Positions 26,700 to 37,612 are shown, counted from the stretch's first letter. The stretch is 64,000 nt of DNA from Thermoproteota archaeon (GCA_029258885.1 JAPDJW010000001.1:192001-256000); one strand, 5' to 3'. Numbers and translations: made by a program. The notes: generated by a model from the letters alone, not told the origin.

Positions 26700-27152
26700 T
26701 GCCTTATATCTCTGTACGTTAAAGAATATCAGATAATGGAGCGGTTTTAACGTTTTTCCTCATTCATTAATAAAACTACGCTCCTTAACTCGTCTACAGT
26801 TCTTTCTCAGATTCTTGGTCGAGTTTCACTAGTATGAAGCTATCCATGAAAAATATGAGGATGAGTGCCTGCAATGCTGTTGCAGATCTGTCATTCATGT
26901 TCCCATACTCCTCAAGAAGGAAGTATGGGCGAGATGGAGTCCCTGCCGCAAGATACAATACATCACCCTCCTGTATAGAATGAAACGGTAGAGATAAACA
27001 GTTAGCGATTTTCTGGCACCTAGCATGCGATGTTCCCCATGCTAGAGAAAACAAAATCAAGGAATTAAGAATAAGACGAGAGAGAAATCAATTTATACTT
27101 TAGTTAAGGAAATCAATAAGTTAAATTGGGAAGTGTATTAGTGCTGTAGAGG

Positions 27153-28418
27153 TTGTTTGACTTGGAGACGCTCTGTGGTTGGATAAATGAGAAAAAGGAT
27201 ATTGGAGGCATAGTTTTCTTAACAGTCGTTCCGGATAACGGGATAAAGCCTATAGTAGCTGTCTGTAAAAAAGGTAGAAACCCTGAAGTATGGAAAGTAG
27301 CGAAGAAGCTTAAAATTGGCTCGGCCGTAAGGATAGATGGACAATACGCTGAAACTCAAATAAGCAAGAAAGGGCTCGAGTTTATTCCATGCAAAATTGT
27401 TGTCGTATCAGAGATGAGCGAAGAGAAAATACCTATAGATTTTTCCGGAAAAACACCTTTCTTGCTTGATACGAAGCTGGATTATAGATACTTAACCTTA
27501 AGGCTTCCTCGTGAGAGAGCAATATTCATAATACGATCTGAGATCTTAAAGTTAGCTAGGGAATGGTTCTATAAAAATGGCTTTATAGAGGTTCATACGC
27601 CTAAGCTATGTGGCGCCGGAGCAGAGGGAGGAGCAACAGTCTTCGAATTAAATTACTTCGAGAAAAAAGCATACTTAGCGCAAAGCCCCCAGTTATATAA
27701 GCAGATGTTAATGAGTGGACTTGAAAAGGTGTTTGAAATTACTCCCTACTTTAGGGCTGAAAAATTCTCAACTACCAGACACTTAAACGAAAGCTGGGGA
27801 ATAGACATGGAAGTAGGCTTTATCGATAATGAAGAGGATATAATGCGTTTACTTGAAGACCTAATAGTCCATCTAGTTGAAGGTTTAGCTGAGAGATGTA
27901 GCAAGGAATTGAAGATATTAAATGTTAAACTTAAAGCTCCCGAAAAACCATTCCCCAGAATAAAATACGACGAAGTCCTCGAAATACTTAGGAGGAGGGG
28001 TGTCGAAATAGAGTGGGGAGAAGACTTGGGTGATCGAGAGGAGAAAATATTGGGAGAAGAAATGACAAAAAGCGGCATAGATTTCTACTTTATTACGAAG
28101 TATCCATGGAAGGTAAAGCCTTTCTACATAATGAGGGAGAATTACCTAAGTAGATCGTTCGACCTAGATTGTAAAGGACTTGAACTTGCTTCAGGTGGTC
28201 AAAGGGAGCATAGAATAAACGAATTAGTAAATAATATGCTTGAGAAAGGACTAAATCCTAAGGACTTTGAGTTCTATCTCGAAGCCTTCCGATACGCTAT
28301 GCCTCCCCATGGAGGATACGGCCTAGGCGTTGAAAGACTAATGATGAAATTACTGAACTTGAAAAATATAAGAGAGGCAATTCTATTTCCAAGAGATAGG
28401 TGGAGGCTTGTTCCTTGA
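27153..28418 (+). CDS. aspS: Aspartyl-tRNA synthetase (archaeal type)
   Basis: GW..E.KD.GG, TPK, EGGA..F...YF...AYLAQSPQLYKQ, FRAE, SGGQREH, PPHGG.GLGVERL, FPRD motifs. Confidence 0.93.
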   Translation: MFDLETLCGWINEKKDIGGIVFLTVVPDNGIKPIVAVCKKGRNPEVWKVAKKLKIGSAVRIDGQYAETQISKKGLEFIPCKIVVVSEMSEEKIPIDFSGKTPFLLDTKLDYRYLTLRLPRERAIFIIRSEILKLAREWFYKNGFIEVHTPKLCGAGAEGGATVFELNYFEKKAYLAQSPQLYKQMLMSGLEKVFEITPYFRAEKFSTTRHLNESWGIDMEVGFIDNEEDIMRLLEDLIVHLVEGLAERCSKELKILNVKLKAPEKPFPRIKYDEVLEILRRRGVEIEWGEDLGDREEKILGEEMTKSGIDFYFITKYPWKVKPFYIMRENYLSRSFDLDCKGLELASGGQREHRINELVNNMLEKGLNPKDFEFYLEAFRYAMPPHGGYGLGVERLMMKLLNLKNIREAILFPRDRWRLVP

Positions 28419-28966
28419 ATTATGGTACAAGTGTTCATGAAAGCATCGAAAAATGCCCAGTCTGTGGATTGAATAAATTGCATAAAAACGAGGTTATCTA
28501 TGATGTTCCTCTTCTAGGCCAAGTAGTAATCTTTTCGTGCTACTGTGAGGCGTGCGGATATAGACATATGGACATTGTTAGCATGGAGTTGAAGGGCGGA
28601 CGACGAATATCGTATGTGGTGGAGGATGAGGAGGATATCTACGCAAAAATTGTAAGAGCTCCCACGGCGACAATAAAGGTTCCAGAGCTAGGGACGACAA
28701 TTAGACCGGGGCCAGCCGCTCAGGCTTTCATTACAAACGTAGAGGGACTAATGGAGCGCATAAGGGATGCCATAGAGATGGCTATACGGTGGAGCGAAAG
28801 TGATGAGGAGAAAAAGCAGGGATTAGCCTACTTAAAGAAAATAGAAGAAATCTTAAATGGTAATGAGAAAGCGACAATAATAATCGAGGATCCTCTCGGA
28901 AATAGTTTTATAATACCGCCAAAAGGAAGAGAAAAGAAGTTAAAAATAGAGTATATGGAGTATTAA
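28400..28966 (+). CDS. ZPR1 zinc-finger domain protein
   Basis: CPVCG...CEACGYRH.D, PGP.AQ.FITNVEG, IEDP.GNS. The true start may be near 28415. Confidence 0.92.
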   Translation: MEACSLNYGTSVHESIEKCPVCGLNKLHKNEVIYDVPLLGQVVIFSCYCEACGYRHMDIVSMELKGGRRISYVVEDEEDIYAKIVRAPTATIKVPELGTTIRPGPAAQAFITNVEGLMERIRDAIEMAIRWSESDEEKKQGLAYLKKIEEILNGNEKATIIIEDPLGNSFIIPPKGREKKLKIEYMEY

Positions 28967-28968
28967 AT

Positions 28969-29685
<717 letters not shown>

Positions 29686-29789
29686 TTAATATTACTCTTC
29701 TGAGTTTTCAAACCGTAGTCATGCGGAGGCTAAAGTACGTGAGCTTAATTAATGGCTTATAAATATGAATATCTTAGAGGTATAGGGCA

Positions 29790-30908
29790 ATGTGGTATAT
29801 TTTGAGACCTGACTCGATTACGGTATGGAAGAATACAGAGGTAAAGAGGAGATTGAGTCATTACTATCGCGTAATGACTAATAAAAGGCCTGCTAAATAC
29901 TTGATAGTGAAGAGAGTGGAGGTTAACGATGATATAGATGATATGTCATACGAAGAGTTATGGAATCTTCATGACAAAATTAGCAACGAGTTTACACGTA
30001 TCTACGGGGAAATAGTTCGGGAGGAAATTTTGCCGGAAAACCTCGATAAATATTTGTCTAAACCTAAGGTTAGTTTTCTTGACCTGAAAATTAAGCTTGT
30101 CAATATAATGATTAGGAGCTGTATTCTTTGTGAATGGAGATGTAAGGTAAATAGGCTTAAGGGACAAAGAGGAGCATGTGGTTTAAATAGCGAGACGAGA
30201 GTTGCATCGTATTTCCATCACTGGGGAGAAGAAGCTCCTCTCGTTCCTTCAGGAACCATATTTTTCACTGGTTGTAGCTTCAAATGCGTCTTCTGTCAGA
30301 ACTGGGATATATCCACGAGACCTGAAAACGGGGAGCTAGTATCTCCTGAGAAGTTAGCTGAAATAGCCACGAGACTTAGAATTTCGGGGGCAAGAAACAT
30401 AAACTATGTCGGCGGAAATCCTGACCAACATCTCCATACGATAATTTCTTCTCTAAAATATATGGACATAAATGTGCCTCTTCTCTGGAATAGTAATTTC
30501 TACATGAGCCTTGAAAGCATGAAGCTACTTAGAGATATAATAGATATATGGCTACCAGATTTTAAATATGGAAACAACAATTGCGCATTAAGGCTGTCAA
30601 AAGTTAAGAACTACTTTGAGGTGGTATCAAGGAACCATAGGATTGCCTGTAACACCTCAGATATTATAATAAGACATCTAGTGCTTCCGAATCACCTCGA
30701 TTGTTGTACAATACCTGTCTTAGAATGGATTGCTAAAAATTGTCCTAATGCATTGGTAAATGTCATGGATCAATATCATCCAGACCACCTTGTCCTAACA
30801 TATCCGGAAAGATACAAGGATATAGCTAGAAGGCTCAGGAGCGATGAAATAGCAAGAGCTTTTGAAGTTGCGGAGGAGCTAGGTCTGGTCTTTAAGCCGA
30901 TATCGTAG
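29790..30908 (+). CDS. Radical SAM protein, PflX-like
   Basis: C.LCEWRC.VNR, GEE..LVPSGTIFF.GCSFKCVFCQN, DIWLPDFKYG, IIRHLVLP motifs. Confidence 0.9.
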   Translation: MWYILRPDSITVWKNTEVKRRLSHYYRVMTNKRPAKYLIVKRVEVNDDIDDMSYEELWNLHDKISNEFTRIYGEIVREEILPENLDKYLSKPKVSFLDLKIKLVNIMIRSCILCEWRCKVNRLKGQRGACGLNSETRVASYFHHWGEEAPLVPSGTIFFTGCSFKCVFCQNWDISTRPENGELVSPEKLAEIATRLRISGARNINYVGGNPDQHLHTIISSLKYMDINVPLLWNSNFYMSLESMKLLRDIIDIWLPDFKYGNNNCALRLSKVKNYFEVVSRNHRIACNTSDIIIRHLVLPNHLDCCTIPVLEWIAKNCPNALVNVMDQYHPDHLVLTYPERYKDIARRLRSDEIARAFEVAEELGLVFKPIS

Positions 30909-30945
30909 TTTTCGCCGGGACTATAAGGGATTTTATCATAGATAA

Positions 30946-31215
30946 TTGAGAAACATGATGATCCTAATCTTAAAAACCATAGTCCAAATAGTTAGGAGGA
31001 GAAGGGGGTCACAGCTAGTAGAAGAAGGATTACTGCTTGGAATATCCCTAATAGCATTAATGATAGTTGTTTCCATGGTGTCGGGACTGCTGACAACCAT
31101 ACAGACGGCCGTTGCAAGCACCCAGGATTCCTTCGATAAATTCCTTACACAGGTATTTCGGGATGATTTTAATAAGATCTGGGAGTTTATATTTGGACAG
31201 AAAGTGCAAGGCTAA
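30946..31215 (+). CDS. Small type IV/Flp-like pilin with class III signal peptide
   Basis: RRRRG|SQLVEEG followed by a ~25-aa hydrophobic helix; Glu at +5. Confidence 0.7.
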   Translation: MRNMMILILKTIVQIVRRRRGSQLVEEGLLLGISLIALMIVVSMVSGLLTTIQTAVASTQDSFDKFLTQVFRDDFNKIWEFIFGQKVQG

Positions 31216-32891
31216 AGAATTTCCTCTAAAATCCCGGAAATTTCTCTCATTTTTTTATCTCTCTCAGCCTCTATTTCATTCAAAGTCCTCTCAAAATCCC
31301 TTCTACTAATCCTGCCCCTCCTTCTATCTTCTATTATTCTCTCAAGCTCTCTCTCGCAATCCTTAATTTCAGCCATTAGTCGCTTAATCTCATCAGCAAC
31401 ATGCCTAAAGCCTGGACTTATTTCTTCCATCTCTTTTATCTTTGCTCCAATATCCTGTTCCAGTGCCGCGATTTTCCTGGAAATGCTGAGTAGCCTCTGC
31501 CTATACACATGCCTTGAGATCTTCCTTTCCAGATATCTAAGCCTCAACTCCTTTCTACGTTCAATTAAATCAAATAACTTGACATAGTTGTTCCTTAGAC
31601 TCTCCACTAAGGAACGGTATTCAATTTTTTCTACAACTACAGTAGGTATTTTTCTCTTCGAATAAAAGCCCTTATAGTATGCAAAAAGTAGCAGAGAAGG
31701 TATAAGTATAACGGCTCCAATTTTAAGATACTGAAAGTACTTTGCGAATGTGTTAATGCTAGCGTTTATCTTAACTTCTGTATTAACCGGGAGATCAGGT
31801 ATAGAAGGAATTTTATCTTTAAACAAAGCTACCTGATATATACCCTTTACAAATCTTTCCGATGGAGACATACTTATATCACGTATTTCCCCTAGAACCC
31901 TTATATAGACACTTGAGTTTAACACCATAATGTTTGGATTGAAGAATGCGTTCACAATTAATTCTCCGTTCTCAGAGAAAGCTGGAATAGTATATTCTAT
32001 AGTTAGTTCTGCTATTTCTCCGGGGGCAGGTGGAGCTACCAACGCAACGGTAAGTTTAGTACTATTTTCCGAGGCTGATACTTCGTATTGACCTATACCG
32101 CCTCCGCGAATATATTTGCCGAGCACACCCCTAACGCACTTTATAGTAGCGTTTGCTGGTAAGTTTAGGTGAACCCTAGATACCCTATAATTCCCTATGC
32201 TCTCCAGAACCATATAGTCGATAACCGTAACTTTTCCAGTATCCTCTATTAGAATTGTTCGGTTCAAGACGTTGCATCTAAGCCATAGCCATTCAGTTGA
32301 TCTAAGGATTATTTCAGCGCGAAGTTTCTCCGCTGCGGAAACACAGCTTATAACGCCATGTGCTGTACTAGTATATTTCGTAAAAACCGGAGGATAAGCT
32401 ATATCCCACTCAGATGCTATATCCTGGATTATATCAATATCGCATGAAACATTAAATTCGAGGGGGGCAATTAGTGATAATGGTATATCAACTTTCGTTA
32501 TACTTCCCTCTACTTTAAACACGTCCTTTAAAATGAAGACCAGCTTAGTATCAATGGAGTATTGAACTGATATAATATCGTCTCCTGTATCTACTATGCT
32601 ATACTCTGTGCCCTTAATTAGATAAATTCTGACGATATAGTCTTTATATTCGGAGATGTTATACGTTAACCTTGGATAATTACCTGAAATATTATAGCTA
32701 ACCTGCATTACTACGTAGCCTTCTTTAATAGTTATCTTACAATATGCTTTCTCCACGTTTCCATCAGCGAAAACATATATCGGAAGAGAAAGCGCTATAG
32801 AAGCAGTAAGAAGCAGTAATATGAGAGTTCTTCGATTCACTGGAGCCACCTCTAAACTAGCGTAGTGTAAACATGCAAAACATGACAACAT
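31212..32891 (-). CDS. Ribophorin I (OST1/Rpn1)-like membrane protein
   Basis: Signal peptide, beta-rich ectodomain (VLNRTILIEDTGKVTVID...LNLP), single TM helix, C-terminal charged helical bundle. Confidence 0.6.
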   Translation of the reverse strand: MLSCFACLHYASLEVAPVNRRTLILLLLTASIALSLPIYVFADGNVEKAYCKITIKEGYVVMQVSYNISGNYPRLTYNISEYKDYIVRIYLIKGTEYSIVDTGDDIISVQYSIDTKLVFILKDVFKVEGSITKVDIPLSLIAPLEFNVSCDIDIIQDIASEWDIAYPPVFTKYTSTAHGVISCVSAAEKLRAEIILRSTEWLWLRCNVLNRTILIEDTGKVTVIDYMVLESIGNYRVSRVHLNLPANATIKCVRGVLGKYIRGGGIGQYEVSASENSTKLTVALVAPPAPGEIAELTIEYTIPAFSENGELIVNAFFNPNIMVLNSSVYIRVLGEIRDISMSPSERFVKGIYQVALFKDKIPSIPDLPVNTEVKINASINTFAKYFQYLKIGAVILIPSLLLFAYYKGFYSKRKIPTVVVEKIEYRSLVESLRNNYVKLFDLIERRKELRLRYLERKISRHVYRQRLLSISRKIAALEQDIGAKIKEMEEISPGFRHVADEIKRLMAEIKDCERELERIIEDRRRGRISRRDFERTLNEIEAERDKKMREISGILEEIL

Positions 32892-32961
32892 TTATATTTC
32901 TTTCGTTTTGTCAAGATAAGGTATAAGTATGCTTCTACGAAAAAGTTAGAAGGTATACACA

Positions 32962-34821
32962 ATGTATCTTTCACCTAAAAGGTTCCTTAATGATGCTGAA
33001 TTCAGAGAGTACCTAAAAAATATTAGGAAAATAGCTGTATTCGATAAGGAAGTTAGGAAGTGGAGGATAGACTGTAATGTAGTTATATCGAACGTCAAAA
33101 GTAAGAGTGAACTCACTTCAATAATTCAAACGCTAAAAAAGTATGTAGATATACCTGAGGAGCTTGAGGATGAACTATATAGGTGCATTACCAGCTTAAC
33201 TACAGCCTATCTGAATTCGAGTAACCTATCGTTTAAGCTAGATGTAAAAGTGCCAAGAAGTGTCTTCGACCAGCTATCCGCGTACTGTAAATACTATAAT
33301 GGGAGATTTTACTTAAAGGATCCAGGATATGTTTCTCAAGTCGAGAAGATACTGGAAAAATACGGTATAAAACTCGTATATAATAGGAGATTGATAGAAT
33401 CAATAAGACTAAAATGCACGGTACGTAGGTCTGGCGGAAACCTCATTTTAAAATTTAATTATTATTGTGAGAATATAGTAAGAAGGCTGAATGAAGTATG
33501 TACTGTAGAGTACTATATTGAGAAGCCAATTTTCGATGAAGCAGGCAATTACGTTGAAACAAGGATAGTTAAGAAGATGCTCAAGTTCTTCAAGTTCTCG
33601 ATGGATACGCTCACCGGAATCTCCTGTATCGGGCTTCTAGACCGCATACTAGATGTACTAAGGGCTATGGATGTATTAATTATCTATGGTATAGAGGAGA
33701 AAGAAGACATAAAGTTAAACCTAAAATGTAACTTTAAGCTCCTGCCGCACCAGAAGCTAGCCTACGAGCTCTGGAGTAAAAGAAAGCGAGGAACCATAGC
33801 TATATTCACACGTGGAGGCAAATCCTTTATAGCCTTAAAAGCTATCTACGATACGAGGAAACCAACCATAATATTCGTTACGACTAGGGAGTTAGCCCAT
33901 ACGTGGATGGAGTACCTAAGCAATTACCTAGGGTTAAATAAGGCGTTAGTAGGATACTTGGGAGAGGGAATTAAAAAGATTAGGGAAATCACGGTAGCTA
34001 TCTATAACAGTGCTGTAAAAAACATAGATTTGATAAGAGATAAATTCGAGCTAGCAATATTCGACGAAGGCCACCATGTTCCTGCAAACACTTTCAAAAC
34101 CGTAGCCGTAAAGCTGGATGCTCTCTACAGAATGGCTCTTTCAGCAACGCCAGAAAGAAGGGATAAAAACCATACACTTCTCTTCGCCTTCTGCGGCCCC
34201 CTCCTAGTAAACATAAACTATGAACAACTAGTAAAGCTAAGAATTGTCGCACCAATAGAAGTCTTTAAAACAGTATTTGCTAAAGGCCCCGAGGATAAGA
34301 TTAAAAAATTAATTGATATACTTAGTGAGGTTAAAGGCAGTAAAGTAATTATATTTACCCAGTATGTGGATACAGCAAAAGAATTATGGAAAACGTTGAT
34401 AATTAAGGGTTTCTCCGCTAGCCTAATAACTGGGGAAACAGACCCCAAGAACAGAAAATTTGCTTTCAGGGACTTCCTGAAGGGAAATATAAAAATCATA
34501 GTAACGACTACTGTACTCGACGAAGGAGTAACTGTTCCAGATGCCGAGGTAGCGATAATATATGAAGGTAGCGGCGAACCCCGGCAAATGATACAGAGAA
34601 TAGGCAGAGTACTTGGATACTACCCCGGAAAAACTGCTAAAGTATACGAATTAATAGATATAACTAACTCCAAGGAGAAGAGGGCATACTTTAAAAGAAA
34701 GTGGGTTAAAGAACTCTACATTTTCCCAGGTATAGAAAAGTACGTAGAGGAAACTAAGAGAGGAGCATTATTCGGAGAAAGAAGCGAGAAGCTGAAGATG
34801 CAGACGAAACTGGAGATATAA
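32962..34821 (+). CDS. XPB/Rad25-like SF2 helicase with an extended N-terminus
   Basis: Q motif LLPHQ, Walker A variant TRGGKS, DEGH, LSATPER, LDEG..VPD, QRIGRV. Confidence 0.88.
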   Translation: MYLSPKRFLNDAEFREYLKNIRKIAVFDKEVRKWRIDCNVVISNVKSKSELTSIIQTLKKYVDIPEELEDELYRCITSLTTAYLNSSNLSFKLDVKVPRSVFDQLSAYCKYYNGRFYLKDPGYVSQVEKILEKYGIKLVYNRRLIESIRLKCTVRRSGGNLILKFNYYCENIVRRLNEVCTVEYYIEKPIFDEAGNYVETRIVKKMLKFFKFSMDTLTGISCIGLLDRILDVLRAMDVLIIYGIEEKEDIKLNLKCNFKLLPHQKLAYELWSKRKRGTIAIFTRGGKSFIALKAIYDTRKPTIIFVTTRELAHTWMEYLSNYLGLNKALVGYLGEGIKKIREITVAIYNSAVKNIDLIRDKFELAIFDEGHHVPANTFKTVAVKLDALYRMALSATPERRDKNHTLLFAFCGPLLVNINYEQLVKLRIVAPIEVFKTVFAKGPEDKIKKLIDILSEVKGSKVIIFTQYVDTAKELWKTLIIKGFSASLITGETDPKNRKFAFRDFLKGNIKIIVTTTVLDEGVTVPDAEVAIIYEGSGEPRQMIQRIGRVLGYYPGKTAKVYELIDITNSKEKRAYFKRKWVKELYIFPGIEKYVEETKRGALFGERSEKLKMQTKLEI

Positions 34822-34823
34822 AT

Positions 34824-35975
34824 CTACTCTATCCACTTTCCAGTAGATATCTTCTCGGGAAGATATCTATGCGAGAGGAATTTGAAGCCATGTCCCGACA
34901 GTGCCTCTATCTCTATCTTTTCCTTACGCTTCAAAAATAGCTTTAACTGCTTCTGCCAAGCCTTGCTACTAAACCATGGGTATGAGAGCAGCTCTTTAGC
35001 ACGTTTCAAGTCCCTTTCGGTAGCCTTTATTATATAGTTCTTCGGGATCTTGTATTCGTATATGTCTGTTACCGCTACTCCTATGAACTTTGCATCCGGT
35101 GTAGCCAGTCTCTCGCTCTCGTAGCTGAGCGATATGGAGCCACTCCTATATACCGAGTATATATAGAATCCAAAGCTGTCGCAGTCCGTCAATATATAGA
35201 TCGGTAATCCGAATTCTTCTGAAAGCCGTCTAACCATGCGCCTAGTACTCCTATCCGGCTGACCTTTTCCAGTAATCAACACGCACTTTTCCCGCCTCCA
35301 GTACTCCTCCTCATTCAGCCTCTCAAAGATAGCGTCCTTCTCCACCACAAGAACGTATTCAGCGTCAACTTCAAGTATCTCAAGCCTATCGGGATTTGGA
35401 GGTATTGCATATGCTCCACTACCCAACCTTGATAAGTCTATCCTGTATCCTTTAGATCTAATAATCACGTTCCCAACGATCTTGCCCTTAGCGTCGTGCA
35501 TTATGCCCATATGTTCTCTAAGAATGCCAGTCATAACCTCTATGTCCTGAATAATGGCATTAGATTCTCTCTGATCATACCATGTCTCCTCGGTTCTCTT
35601 TCTACCGAGGTGGTCCACGTATTCAATGGTATGTTTTCCGGTATAGTATAGGTCTCTTATAGTAGGATAATCGTTCTCTCTCCTAGCTCTGAGCATCAAC
35701 GACAACATTAATACGGTCTGCATAAACTTCTTAGATTCATTAATACTAAAGAAATCCCTGATAGCCTTCTTACTGCCCAGTCTTAAAATCCTCCGCCTAC
35801 TATCCCATATAGTATTAGCTAAGCTCCTAACAGGTATTTCGAAATAAGGTTTCTCCCCTTTCATTATTTGGTCGACTACAACTCTACCAAGCGCCTCGAG
35901 CCTTTCTATGACTTCTTCGTATGTAGGTGCTTTAAACGCTTTTCGTCTTCGCCTCTTTACCAATTTTCGCCTCAC
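34824..35975 (-). CDS. top6A: DNA topoisomerase VI subunit A
   Basis: TIRDLYY (catalytic Tyr), VVEKDA.F.RL, TGKGQPD, LTDCD..G.YI motifs. Confidence 0.96.
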   Translation of the reverse strand: MRRKLVKRRRRKAFKAPTYEEVIERLEALGRVVVDQIMKGEKPYFEIPVRSLANTIWDSRRRILRLGSKKAIRDFFSINESKKFMQTVLMLSLMLRARRENDYPTIRDLYYTGKHTIEYVDHLGRKRTEETWYDQRESNAIIQDIEVMTGILREHMGIMHDAKGKIVGNVIIRSKGYRIDLSRLGSGAYAIPPNPDRLEILEVDAEYVLVVEKDAIFERLNEEEYWRREKCVLITGKGQPDRSTRRMVRRLSEEFGLPIYILTDCDSFGFYIYSVYRSGSISLSYESERLATPDAKFIGVAVTDIYEYKIPKNYIIKATERDLKRAKELLSYPWFSSKAWQKQLKLFLKRKEKIEIEALSGHGFKFLSHRYLPEKISTGKWIE

Positions 35976-37503
35976 CTCTTGATTTTAGATCCTTCTCCAA
36001 AATTGCTATAAGCTTCTCTTTTATAGTTTTCTCGCTAACGCCAGTTATTTCATTAAGTGCCCGCGTAACCTCCGGTAAATACTTTAAAATAGTTATCTTC
36101 CTACGCTTAATTTCATGTATCTTTTCAATGTACGAAATATGCCTCCTAAGTCGCCTAGCACAATCCTTAATGGCATTCGCAATTTCCCTCTCAACCTCGG
36201 GAACATCAGCAACGGCTTCCTTACCCACGCCCTTAAATGGAATCTTAGTGGAGCATATATGTACAATAACCGCTAAGGGGGCTGGAAACTTAACTTTATA
36301 GTAGCCCCAGTCAATACTATCAACAACTTTCCTGGCTACATCAACACCCTCATCATAGAGTAGCGGTATCTTATTAGCAAACCTATAAAGGATCGGCTTA
36401 TCTACTACCGAGATTTCACCGCCGTAAGCTATTGCTACTTCAACTATGAATGGATGCCCTGAGTACGAGGAGGCTTTTCTAGTTACGGCAGAAATATACT
36501 CCGGTTTCAGTATCTTCTTAACGCCTTCTTTGAGAAGTTTCTCCCCAAGAGGAGACAGCGGAATAGGCCTTGGACGACGCCACTTAGAGAATCCTCTCAT
36601 AGCCTTAGACAACTGATCCAGGTCTTTAATTGAAAGCTTTTTCACCTTAGCATTGCCGTTAAGCTTAGACCACCTTAAGAAAGTTGCTATTGTTCGCTCT
36701 CCCGTGCCCTCAAACTTCTTAAGCAGAAACTCCTTTAACGTCATGTTGGCATCACAGTCACTAATAAGCATCTTAAGCAACTCTATATCAACACCATACG
36801 GGTGAGGTTTACCCAACCTTGGAGGATTAGGCAGAATCCTAGTTGAACGCTTAAATTCCAGCTCTAGGTCAGGTCCCCTAAGCCTTATCTCAGCGTAGGG
36901 CGCTATCATAGCAGTCCGCCTAACATATTCCTCTACTCTACGTTTTGCCATGGCCCAGTTGCCCTCTATAGTAATCCTTACCTCAGTTCCATGCTCCTTT
37001 CTTCTCTTCTTAAAGATCCTCTGAGAAACTATTATCGGCATATTCTTGGAAATATCGATCATTATCTCTTCTTCATGTACTATCGGTGAATCGGGAGTAG
37101 AGCTCCTAACGAATATAGGCTTACCTGTAGTTAGCTGGGAATAGAGGACAGCCATCTTTATTCCAAGCCCAAATATGCCTCTGCTCTGCTTCAAATCATA
37201 TTTAGAACCGTAAAAAACGCTTCCAAATACATACGGTACATGCTCTATAGGCACGCCTATACCGTTATCCTTTACCGTTATTATCACCCTATCCGAGTGT
37301 TCTTCATCAATTTTAATATCAATCTCTATTGTAGGCAGGATGCCGTAGAGTTCCGTAGCGTCAAGGGAGTTCTCCAGTAGCTCCCTTATAGTCTGATATA
37401 AAGCTCTAACAGGATTCGAAAAGCCAGCTATTTCCCTATTTCTGTAGAAAAATTCTGCAGGACTAAGTCCCTTAAAGTCGCTCCTTAGAATTACACTCGA
37501 CAT
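35932..37503 (-). CDS. top6B: DNA topoisomerase VI subunit B
   Basis: SPAEFFYRN, ELLENSLDA, DNGIG, SRG.FGLG, RFANKIPLLY, STKIPFKG.GKE motifs. Confidence 0.96.
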   Translation of the reverse strand: MSSVILRSDFKGLSPAEFFYRNREIAGFSNPVRALYQTIRELLENSLDATELYGILPTIEIDIKIDEEHSDRVIITVKDNGIGVPIEHVPYVFGSVFYGSKYDLKQSRGIFGLGIKMAVLYSQLTTGKPIFVRSSTPDSPIVHEEEIMIDISKNMPIIVSQRIFKKRRKEHGTEVRITIEGNWAMAKRRVEEYVRRTAMIAPYAEIRLRGPDLELEFKRSTRILPNPPRLGKPHPYGVDIELLKMLISDCDANMTLKEFLLKKFEGTGERTIATFLRWSKLNGNAKVKKLSIKDLDQLSKAMRGFSKWRRPRPIPLSPLGEKLLKEGVKKILKPEYISAVTRKASSYSGHPFIVEVAIAYGGEISVVDKPILYRFANKIPLLYDEGVDVARKVVDSIDWGYYKVKFPAPLAVIVHICSTKIPFKGVGKEAVADVPEVEREIANAIKDCARRLRRHISYIEKIHEIKRRKITILKYLPEVTRALNEITGVSEKTIKEKLIAILEKDLKSRGEAKIGKEAKTKSV

Positions 37504-37612
37504 TTCAATCACTTAACAATTTATACTATAGCTTCTAACAAAAGCCTATAGGACTCTTATTAAAGTATCGCGATTAAAGGTAAAACCCTAAAGGCTGAAA
37601 TACAAGGTCAAA

